Below, one piece after another: positions 46,730 through 54,381 of a DNA stretch of 63,338 bases. A model generated the notes under the pieces. It did no database searches. It worked only from the letters and a program-made list of their open reading frames with translations, and was not told the DNA's origin. Each line of letters starts with the position of its first letter. The first letter of the stretch is position 1. This stretch comes from Planctomycetota bacterium (GTDB lineage Bacteria; Planctomycetota; JACQVX01), in NCBI GenBank assembly GCA_016209495.1, contig JACQVX010000237.1, forward strand, positions 1 through 63,338, written 5' to 3'. Position numbers and translations under genes: made by a program.

Positions 46730-47526
46730 GGCTCGAGGCGAGACGGACCGCGCACGCTCGGGCCCGGTTGCCGGCGTCCTGGACGGTGAGCGCCGTGCTC
46801 CCCGCCCACAACGCCGCCGGCCAGATCGAGGAGTCCGTCCACGCGCTCCTCGGGGCCCTCTCCGGCGCGGTGCATGGCCACGAGGTCCTCATCGCCGAGG
46901 ACGGTTCCACCGACGGGACGCGCGAGCTGGCCGAACGGCTGGCGGGGGTCCTCCCCGGGGTCCGGCACCTTCATGCCCGGAAGCGACGGGGCCGCGGGGG
47001 CGCCCTCGTGGACGCGTTCCGCGCCAGCCGGGGCGACGTCTTCCTATACATGGACGTGGACCGGGAGATCTCGCCCACCTACGTCCCGGCCCTCATGGCC
47101 AGCATCGACGCCGGGGCGGACGTGGCGGTGGTGTCCAAGCGCTGCGCGGGGGCGAGGACGGAGGCGCCGGCGCTCCGGCGTCTCATGAGCGCGACCTACA
47201 ACGGCTTGGTGCGTCTCCTCCTGGGCTCGCGCTGCCATTGCCACCAGGGGGGCATGAAGGCCTTCCGCCGCGGGGTCCTGGAGCGGGTGCTCCCCATGGT
47301 CGAGGACCGCCACTGGTTCTGGGACACGGAGGTCCTGGTCCTGGCCCAGCGGTTCGGCTTCCGGGTGGTCGAGGTCCCGGTCCGACTGCGCTACGGCTTC
47401 GGCTCCACGAGCGTGCGGCCCCTGCGGGACAGCCTGGGGATGCTCGTCCGCCTGATCCGGATGCGGGGGAGGCTGCGGGGGCTGGTCCGGGGCGGCGTCC
47501 TGGCCGGTCCGGGGGTCGAGCGGTGA
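46726..47526 (+). CDS. GT2 glycosyltransferase
   Basis: From the GTG at 46726 (GTGA overlap). VSAVLPAHNA, AEDGSTDGT, MDVDREI. Confidence 0.75.
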   Translation: MRLEARRTAHARARLPASWTVSAVLPAHNAAGQIEESVHALLGALSGAVHGHEVLIAEDGSTDGTRELAERLAGVLPGVRHLHARKRRGRGGALVDAFRASRGDVFLYMDVDREISPTYVPALMASIDAGADVAVVSKRCAGARTEAPALRRLMSATYNGLVRLLLGSRCHCHQGGMKAFRRGVLERVLPMVEDRHWFWDTEVLVLAQRFGFRVVEVPVRLRYGFGSTSVRPLRDSLGMLVRLIRMRGRLRGLVRGGVLAGPGVER

Positions 47527-48521
47527 GTCCCCGTCCCATGGACCTGGGCCCCTGCCGGGGCCGGCGCCTCCTGGTGCTGGGGGGGGCGGGCTTCCTGGGG
47601 TCCCACGTGGTGGACCTGGCGGTGGCCCACGGGGCCGTGGTGACGGTCATCGACGGCCTGGTCGCCGACACGGGCGGCTCCCTGGAGAACCTGGCCGCCG
47701 TGCGGGACCGGGTCGAGGTGTTGAGCGTCCCCGTGGAGGAGGTCTCCGACCTCGAGCGGCGCCTGGCGGACGCGGACCTGGTGGTGGACGCCATGGGATA
47801 TACCCGGCACCGGGAGGGGGCTCGCCGCCCGCGCCACGACCTCGAGCTGAACCTCCTCTCGCACCTGGCCCTCGTGGAGGCCCTGCGGCGGGTCCCGTCC
47901 CGCCGGGTGATCTACCTGGGCTCCCGGGGCCAGTACGGGGACGAGCGGGGCCAGGGTATCGACGAGGGCTCGCCCCTCCGGCCCGCGGACACCCAGGGCA
48001 TCGCCAAGGGGGCCGCGGAGCACTACCTCCGGGTCTACGCGGGGACCGGGAGGATGGACGTGGCGAGCCTCCGGCTCACCCACTGCTTCGGCGAGCGCCA
48101 GCTCCGGGGCGGGACCGACCTGGGGCTGGTGGGCTCCATGGTGGCGGCGCTCCTGGCGGGCCGGGAGGTCGAGGTCTGGGGGTCTAGCGACCGGCGGCTG
48201 AACCTGGCCTACGGCCCTGACGTGGCCCGCGCCGTCCTCGCCCTGGGACTGGCCCAGCCGCAGGGCTTCGAGGCCTACAACCTGGGCGGTTTCGACCTCT
48301 CCCTCGGGGAACTGCTCTCGCGGCTCATGCCGCTGACCGGGGGGGCGGGCTACCGGGTCGTGCCCGTCCCGGGCCGGTCGAGCGTCTTCCTGGGCGGGCC
48401 CTACCGCGACAGGAGGCTCCGGCGGCGCATCGGACCCTGGAAGCTGACGCCCCTGGACGCGGCCCTGCATCGCACCGTGGCGTGGTTCCGCCAGCCGGCG
48501 GGCCTGGAGTGGGCCCGGTGA
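47523..48521 (+). CDS. Extended-SDR epimerase/dehydratase-like protein with non-canonical active site
   Basis: Real part of ORF 47238..48521, from the GTG at 47523. LLVLGGAGFLGSHV Rossmann motif. Where YxxxK is expected the sequence reads PADTQGIAKGAAE, i.e. Gln in place of Tyr by eye. Confidence 0.75.
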   Translation: MSPRPMDLGPCRGRRLLVLGGAGFLGSHVVDLAVAHGAVVTVIDGLVADTGGSLENLAAVRDRVEVLSVPVEEVSDLERRLADADLVVDAMGYTRHREGARRPRHDLELNLLSHLALVEALRRVPSRRVIYLGSRGQYGDERGQGIDEGSPLRPADTQGIAKGAAEHYLRVYAGTGRMDVASLRLTHCFGERQLRGGTDLGLVGSMVAALLAGREVEVWGSSDRRLNLAYGPDVARAVLALGLAQPQGFEAYNLGGFDLSLGELLSRLMPLTGGAGYRVVPVPGRSSVFLGGPYRDRRLRRRIGPWKLTPLDAALHRTVAWFRQPAGLEWAR

Positions 48522-49642
48522 TCCGGCGGCACGACGCGGCGAGGCAATTCGAGGCCCTGCGAGGGGAGGTCCTCGCGGCCTGCGGGCGCGTCCTCGCCTC
48601 CGGACGCTACGTCCTCGGGGAAGAGGTCGAGGCCTTCGAGCTCGAGTTCGCCCGATACCTGGGCGTGCCCCACGTCGTGGGCGTGGCCAGCGGGACCGAC
48701 GCGCTCACCCTCTCGCTGCGAGCCCTGGGGGTGGGTCCCGGGGACGAGGTGGTGACCACGCCCTACACGGCCATCCCCACCGTGAGCGCCATCCTGGCCG
48801 CCGGGGCGAGGCCGGTGTTCGCGGACATCGAGGCGGACACCTACCTGGTGGACCCGGAGGCGGTGACCCGGGCCGTGGGCCGGCGCACCCGGGCCGTCGT
48901 GGTGGTGCACCTCTTCGGGAACGTGGTGGACGTCCCGGCCCTGCGCTCGGCCCTCGGGGGGAGGGTCCCCGTGGTGGAGGACGCCTGCCAGGCCCACGGG
49001 AGCCGGCTCAGGGGTCGGAGGGCCGGGTCCCTGGGCGACCTGGCGGCCTTCAGCTTCTACCCCACGAAGAACCTGGGGGGCTACGGAGACGGGGGGGCCA
49101 TCGCGGTGGGCGACCCGGGGCTGGCGGCCGAGCTGCGCCGGCTCCGGCAATACGGGATGGTGGACAAGGACCGCACCGTGCAGCCGGGGGTCAACAGCCG
49201 CCTGGACGAGCTGCAGGCGGCCATGCTCCGCGTGAAGCTCCCCCGGCTGGACGGGTGGAACGAGGTGCGCTCGGTCCTGGTCGATCGCTATCGGGCGAGG
49301 TTCTCCGGTGGGCCGCTCCGGTGGCAGCGCATCCCCGAGGGGGTCGAGACGAACTGGCACGTCCTGGCCGCGCGGGTCCCGGGCGACCAGGGCGATCGGG
49401 ACGACCTCGCGCGCCACCTGGAGGCGCGGGGGATCCAGACCAACGTCTACTACGCGGTCCCGCAGCACCTCCAGGAGGCCTGCCGTGGTCTTGGCCACGC
49501 CCCCGGCGCGTTCCCCCGCGCCGAGGCCCTCTCGCGCGAGGCCATCGCGCTCCCCCTCTACCCGGAGCTGCCGGAGGAGGAGCTGGAGGCGGTGCTCTCC
49601 GCCGTCGAGTGCTGGGAGCCCCGGGGGGTGGTGCTGCGATGA
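48518..49642 (+). CDS. DegT/DnrJ/EryC1/StrS-family sugar aminotransferase
   Basis: From the GTG at 48518 (GTGA overlap). GVASGTDALTLSLRALG, FSFYPTKNLG (PLP lysine), NSRLDELQAAML. Confidence 0.85.
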   Translation: MIRRHDAARQFEALRGEVLAACGRVLASGRYVLGEEVEAFELEFARYLGVPHVVGVASGTDALTLSLRALGVGPGDEVVTTPYTAIPTVSAILAAGARPVFADIEADTYLVDPEAVTRAVGRRTRAVVVVHLFGNVVDVPALRSALGGRVPVVEDACQAHGSRLRGRRAGSLGDLAAFSFYPTKNLGGYGDGGAIAVGDPGLAAELRRLRQYGMVDKDRTVQPGVNSRLDELQAAMLRVKLPRLDGWNEVRSVLVDRYRARFSGGPLRWQRIPEGVETNWHVLAARVPGDQGDRDDLARHLEARGIQTNVYYAVPQHLQEACRGLGHAPGAFPRAEALSREAIALPLYPELPEEELEAVLSAVECWEPRGVVLR

Positions 49643-50151
49643 TCGACCCCGACGTGAGGCTCGGCGCGGGGGTCCGGGTCTTCGACCCCGCGCTCGTGAA
49701 CCTCTTCGGCTGCGAGATCGGCCAGGGGAGCTTCATCGGTCCGTTCGTGGAGATCACCCGGAACGTGAGGGTGGGCCGCCGCTGCGTCATCGAGAGCCAC
49801 GCCTTCCTCTGCGACTCGGTGGTCCTGGAGGACGAGGTGTTCGTCGGCCACGGGGTGATGTTCACCAACGACCTCTACCCCCGGACCCACCGGCATGTGG
49901 TCTACAAGCCGACGCGGGTGGGCCGCGGGGCGAGCATCGGCTCGAACGCGACCATCGTGGGCGGGGTCCGCATCGGCGTCCACGCCGTGGTGGGGGCGGG
50001 CTCGGTGGTGACCCGGGACGTGGCGGACTGCTCCATCGTCGCCGGGAACCCGGCCCGGGAGACGCGCCGCTTCGGGAGCTACGAGGAGATGTTCGCCTAC
50101 ATGCAGGAGCGGCAGGCCACGACGAACGGCGCCAGGGGGGCCGCGGGATGA
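49639..50151 (+). CDS. Left-handed beta-helix (hexapeptide) acetyltransferase
   Basis: Real part of ORF 49255..50151, from the ATG at 49639 (ATGA overlap). Hexapeptide-repeat pattern through VGRGASIGSNATIVGGVRIGVHAVVGAGSVV. Confidence 0.8.
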   Translation: MIDPDVRLGAGVRVFDPALVNLFGCEIGQGSFIGPFVEITRNVRVGRRCVIESHAFLCDSVVLEDEVFVGHGVMFTNDLYPRTHRHVVYKPTRVGRGASIGSNATIVGGVRIGVHAVVGAGSVVTRDVADCSIVAGNPARETRRFGSYEEMFAYMQERQATTNGARGAAG

Positions 50152-50879
50152 GTCCCGCCTCGGTCTCGGTCATCGTCCCGGCCTACAACGAGGCTCAGGC
50201 CCTCGAGGCGGCCGTCCGGGGGCTCGCCCGGGCCCTGGCGGCGGCCACCCCCCGGTGGGAGGTCCTCGTGGTGGAGAGCGGGAGCACCGACGGCACCCGG
50301 GAGGCGGCGGACCGCCTGGCGGCGCTCGTCCCAGGGGTCCGGGCCGTCCACCAGGCGCACCGGGAGGGCTACGGGTCGGCGGTGCGGCTGGGGGTGGGGC
50401 TCGCCCGCATGGACCACGTCTCCGTCTGCCCGGTGGACGTGTGCTTCCCCCTGGAGACCTACGCCTGGGCCCTCCCGCTGCTCGATCGATACGAGGCGGT
50501 CCTGAGCTACCGGAGCCAGGACCCGCGGGGGTGGTGGCGGCGGTTCATGAGCGGGGTCTTCAACGTCCTGGCGCGGTCCCTCCTCGGCGTGGGGGTGCGC
50601 CACGTCAACAGCGCCTTCAAGCTGCTCCCGCGGGGGCGGGTCCTGGCCTGGGACCTGGCGACCTCCGGGTGGTGCATCGACGCGGAGGTGTTGGTGCACA
50701 TGGCGCGCGAGGGGGTCCGCCACGTCGAGGTCCCCGTGCCGCTGGTGGACCGCGTCCAGGGCCGCTCCACCGTGACCGCGGGGGGGGTCCTCTCCGCGCT
50801 GGTCGAGATGCTCCGGATCCGCAGGGCCGTGGGACGGTGCCCGCGGGGGGCCCGCCCGGAAGTCGCGGGCGCGTCATGA
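50148..50879 (+). CDS. GT2 glycosyltransferase
   Basis: Real part of ORF 49308..50879, from the ATG at 50148 (ATGA overlap). VSVIVPAYNE, VVESGSTDGT. Confidence 0.8.
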   Translation: MSPASVSVIVPAYNEAQALEAAVRGLARALAAATPRWEVLVVESGSTDGTREAADRLAALVPGVRAVHQAHREGYGSAVRLGVGLARMDHVSVCPVDVCFPLETYAWALPLLDRYEAVLSYRSQDPRGWWRRFMSGVFNVLARSLLGVGVRHVNSAFKLLPRGRVLAWDLATSGWCIDAEVLVHMAREGVRHVEVPVPLVDRVQGRSTVTAGGVLSALVEMLRIRRAVGRCPRGARPEVAGAS

Positions 50880-52021
50880 GGTCCCCCGGCGAGGTGCTCC
50901 TGGTCGTGGACAAGATGCCGCGCGCGGGCACGCAGCTGCACGTGGCGACCCTGGCCCGGGGCCTGGCGGTCCGGGGCCAGCCCGTGCGGGTGGTATGCCT
51001 GCTGGAGGGAGGGGACCTGGCCGAGGAACTCCGCTCGGAGGGCCTCCCCGTGGAGTCCCTGGACCTGAGCGCCCGCCCGGTCGCCTCCCGGCTCCCCACG
51101 GCGGTGCTGGGCCTCCGGCGGATCGCGGCCCGCCAGAGGCCGTGGGTCCTCCAGGGCCACCTCTACTTCGCCAATCTGGCGTGCGTCCTCGCCGGCGGCC
51201 TCCTGGGGGGAGGGGTGAGGGTCTACACGGGCCACCGGCAGTGCGAGCGGGTGCGCGAGCCGAGGGCCGCCCTGGGCCGCAGGCTCATCCACCGGCTGGG
51301 CTGCCGCGCCGTGGCGAACGCCCAGGCCGTGGCGCGCCACCTGGTGGCCTCCGAGGGGGCGGACCCCGCGCGGGTCGCCGTCATCCCGAACGGCATCGAC
51401 GCGGCCCGGTTCCGGCAGCCTCCGGGGACGCGGGAACGGGTGCGGCGCTCCCTCGGGATCCCCACGGGCTCGCCGGTGGCGATCCAGGTGGCGAACCTGA
51501 ACGCCGGGAAGGGGCACCGGGACCTCCTGGAGGCGGCGGCCCGCGTCGTGGTCCGGGGGCCGCGCCTCCACCTCCTCCTGGTGGGGGAGGGTCCGGAGGC
51601 CGAGTCCCTCCGGCGCCTGGCGGAGGGGCTGGGGATCGGCGCTTCGGTGCACCTCCTCGGTAGCCGCCGGGACGTCCCCGCCCTCCTCGCAGCGGCGGAC
51701 CTGGCGGTCCTCAGCTCGCACACCGAGGGGTTCTCGAACGCCCTCCTGGAATATGCCGCGGCGGGGCTGCCGGCACTGGCCACGCGGGTGGGGGGAAATG
51801 CGGAGGTCGTGGTGGAGGCGGAGACGGGCCTCCTGGTCCCACCGCGCGACCCCGCGGCCCTGGCGGGGGCCCTGGGGGGGCTCCTGGCGGACCCCCCTCG
51901 GCTCCGGGCCCTGGGGGAGGCGGCGCGCGGGCGCGCGGAGGGTTGTTTCTCCGTGGAGGCCCTCGTGGAGCGGACGCTCACCCTCTACGGGAGCGCGGGG
52001 CGGCGGGAGGTGGCGGCGTGA
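50876..52021 (+). CDS. GT4 glycosyltransferase
   Basis: Real part of ORF 50255..52021, from the ATG at 50876 (ATGA overlap). SHTEGFSNALLEYAAAGLPALATRVGGNAEVV is a GT4 EX7E-type motif. Confidence 0.8.
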   Translation: MRSPGEVLLVVDKMPRAGTQLHVATLARGLAVRGQPVRVVCLLEGGDLAEELRSEGLPVESLDLSARPVASRLPTAVLGLRRIAARQRPWVLQGHLYFANLACVLAGGLLGGGVRVYTGHRQCERVREPRAALGRRLIHRLGCRAVANAQAVARHLVASEGADPARVAVIPNGIDAARFRQPPGTRERVRRSLGIPTGSPVAIQVANLNAGKGHRDLLEAAARVVVRGPRLHLLLVGEGPEAESLRRLAEGLGIGASVHLLGSRRDVPALLAAADLAVLSSHTEGFSNALLEYAAAGLPALATRVGGNAEVVVEAETGLLVPPRDPAALAGALGGLLADPPRLRALGEAARGRAEGCFSVEALVERTLTLYGSAGRREVAA

Positions 52022-54381
52022 GTCCGCAGGCCTCACCGCTCCGGGTGGCCGTCGTGCTCTCCCAGTTCCCCGAGACCCACGAGACCTTCGTCCTGCGCGA
52101 GGTCTCGGCCCTGGCGGGCCGCCCCGACGTGGAGCCCGTGGTTTACTCCCTCAAGAGGTGCCGCGACCGCGTGGTGCAGCCCGGCTACCGGGCGGTGGCC
52201 CACCGGGTGGTCCACGGCGGGCTCGTCTCGCCGGCGACCCTGTGGGCCGCGCTGCGCGAGGCGGTCCGCGGCCCCTGGCGGCTCGCCCTCGCCCTGGGGG
52301 CGATGGTCCTCCACGGGTGGCGGCGCCCCCTGGAGCTGGCGAAGGGCCTGGCGGCCACGCCCCTGGCCCTGCGCTTCGCCGCCGATGCGAGGCGGCGCGG
52401 GGTCGACTGGGTTCAGGGCCACTGGACGAACGTCCCGTCGACCGCCGCGTGGCTCATGGCCCGGGTGCTGGAGCGGCCCCTGGGGGTCTCGGTGCACGGG
52501 GAGAACGTCTATCGCCGGGACGACCTGGTCGTCCGGAAGCTGCGGGAGGCCCGCCTGGTCACCTGCTGCACGCGCGCCGTCGCGGCCGAGCTGGCCCGAC
52601 GGCTCCCCCCGGCGCCCGAGGGGCCCGAGCTGCGCGTGGACTACCACGGCCTGGAGCCGGGAGGTGGGTCGGCCCGGGGGGCCGGACGGCGCCGGCGGAA
52701 GGGGAGACCGCTCGCGCTGCTCGCCGTCGGACGGCTGGTCCCCTACAAGGGCTTCGACACCGCCCTGGGTGCCCTGGCGCGCCTGGTGGCGTCGGGCCTG
52801 GACGCGCGGCTGGTCGTCATCGGCGAGGGCCCGGAGCGGGCGCGGCTCCTCGGGCTCGCCCGCGAGCGAGGCGTGGCCGAGCGCCTCGAGCTGAGGGCCA
52901 CCACGGACGTGGGGGGGGTGGCGCGCTCCATGGGCGAGGCGGACCTCTTCCTCGCGCCGTCGCGGGTGGCGTCCGACGGGATGCGCGACGGCATTCCCAA
53001 TGTCCTGGCCGAGGCCATGGCGGCGGGGCTCCCGGTCATCGCCTCCGAGGTCTCCGGGATCCCGGAGCTGGTGGAGCACGGCCGGAGCGGCTGGCTCGTC
53101 CCGCCGGACGACCCGGAGGCCCTGGCCACCGCGGTGCGCGAGCTGGCGGAGAGCGGCGGCCTCGCGGCCGCCCTCGCCGACGCGGCCCGGACGAGGGTGC
53201 GCGAGCGCTTCGACCTCGCGCGGAACGTGGACGGTCTCTCGCGCGCCCTGGTGCGCGCGGCGGGGCGGCTGCGCGTGGTGCACGTCATCGAGGACCTGGC
53301 CCTGGGGGGAGGCGAGCGGGCCCTGGTGAGGGTCCTGGGCTCGGTGGACCCCGGGCGCTTCGAGACCCGGGTGATCTGCCTGCGCGCGGAGGGTGCGCTG
53401 GCGGCCGAGCTGCGCGATACGGGCGTGCCGGTGGAGGTCCTGGGCAAGGGTCCTGGCCTGGACCCGGCCTCGGTGCTGCGGCTGGCGCGGAGGCTGCGCG
53501 CGCTGCGGCCCGACGTGGTCCACACGCACATGTTCACGGCCAACGCCACGGGTCGCGCGGCGGCCTTCCTGGCGGGGGTGGGGGCCGTCGTGGCCACCGA
53601 GCAGTCGGTGGACACGTGGAAGGACCTGCCCCGGAGAGCCGTGGATCGACTGCTGGCTCGCGGCACGCGGAGGGTGGTCTGCGTGGGCCAGGCCGTCCTG
53701 GCGTTCTACAGGGATCGGGTGGGCGTGGCCGGGGCGCGACTCCAGGTGATCCCGAACCCGGTGGACGTGGCGGCCTTCGCGCGGGTGTCCCCGGAGGAGG
53801 GGGCCCGGGTGCGCGTGGAGCTGGGTCTGGCACCGCGCTCGCCGGTGGCGGGATTCGTGGGGAGGCTGGTGGAGGCCAAGGACCCCCTGGGATTCGTGGA
53901 GGCGGTGGCGCGGGTGAACGGGGCGGTGCCGGGGCTCACCGCCCTGGTGGTGGGAGAGGGTCCCCTGCGGGGGAGGGCCGAGGGCCTCGCCCGGGAGCTG
54001 GGGGTGGCGGACCGGGTGCGCTTCCTCGGCGAGCGCCGGGACGTGGCGCGGGTCCTCTCGGCCCTGGACTGTCTGGTCCTCTCGTCGCGCCGGGAGGGGC
54101 TGCCCCTCGTGGCCCTGGAGGCCCGGGCGGCGGGACGGCCGGTGGTGGCGACGGACGTGGGCGGGGTGAGCGAGGTGGTGGAGGACGGGCGCAACGGGCG
54201 GCTCGTGCCCGCGGGGGACGCCGCTGCGCTGGCGCGCGCCCTGACGGAGGTCCTCGCCGACCCGGCCCTGGCGCGCTCCATGGGCCGCGCCGGCGCGGCG
54301 GGGCTCGAGCGCTACGAGGTGGCCCAGGTGGCGAGGGAACACGAGGCCCTGTGGAGGGAGGTGGCCCGTGGGTCGTCCTAG
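52018..54381 (+). CDS. Tandem GT4-GT4 fusion glycosyltransferase (WcaL-like N-terminal half)
   Basis: Real part of ORF 51943..54381, from the GTG at 52018 (GTGA overlap), about 787 aa. The first half has VAVVLSQFPETHETFVLREV ... DGIPNVLAEAMAAGLPVIASEVSGIPELV. The second half restarts with LRVVHVIEDLALGGGERAL ... REGLPLVALEARAAGRPVVATDVGGVSEVV. There is no stop between the halves. Confidence 0.8.
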   Translation: MSPQASPLRVAVVLSQFPETHETFVLREVSALAGRPDVEPVVYSLKRCRDRVVQPGYRAVAHRVVHGGLVSPATLWAALREAVRGPWRLALALGAMVLHGWRRPLELAKGLAATPLALRFAADARRRGVDWVQGHWTNVPSTAAWLMARVLERPLGVSVHGENVYRRDDLVVRKLREARLVTCCTRAVAAELARRLPPAPEGPELRVDYHGLEPGGGSARGAGRRRRKGRPLALLAVGRLVPYKGFDTALGALARLVASGLDARLVVIGEGPERARLLGLARERGVAERLELRATTDVGGVARSMGEADLFLAPSRVASDGMRDGIPNVLAEAMAAGLPVIASEVSGIPELVEHGRSGWLVPPDDPEALATAVRELAESGGLAAALADAARTRVRERFDLARNVDGLSRALVRAAGRLRVVHVIEDLALGGGERALVRVLGSVDPGRFETRVICLRAEGALAAELRDTGVPVEVLGKGPGLDPASVLRLARRLRALRPDVVHTHMFTANATGRAAAFLAGVGAVVATEQSVDTWKDLPRRAVDRLLARGTRRVVCVGQAVLAFYRDRVGVAGARLQVIPNPVDVAAFARVSPEEGARVRVELGLAPRSPVAGFVGRLVEAKDPLGFVEAVARVNGAVPGLTALVVGEGPLRGRAEGLARELGVADRVRFLGERRDVARVLSALDCLVLSSRREGLPLVALEARAAGRPVVATDVGGVSEVVEDGRNGRLVPAGDAAALARALTEVLADPALARSMGRAGAAGLERYEVAQVAREHEALWREVARGSS

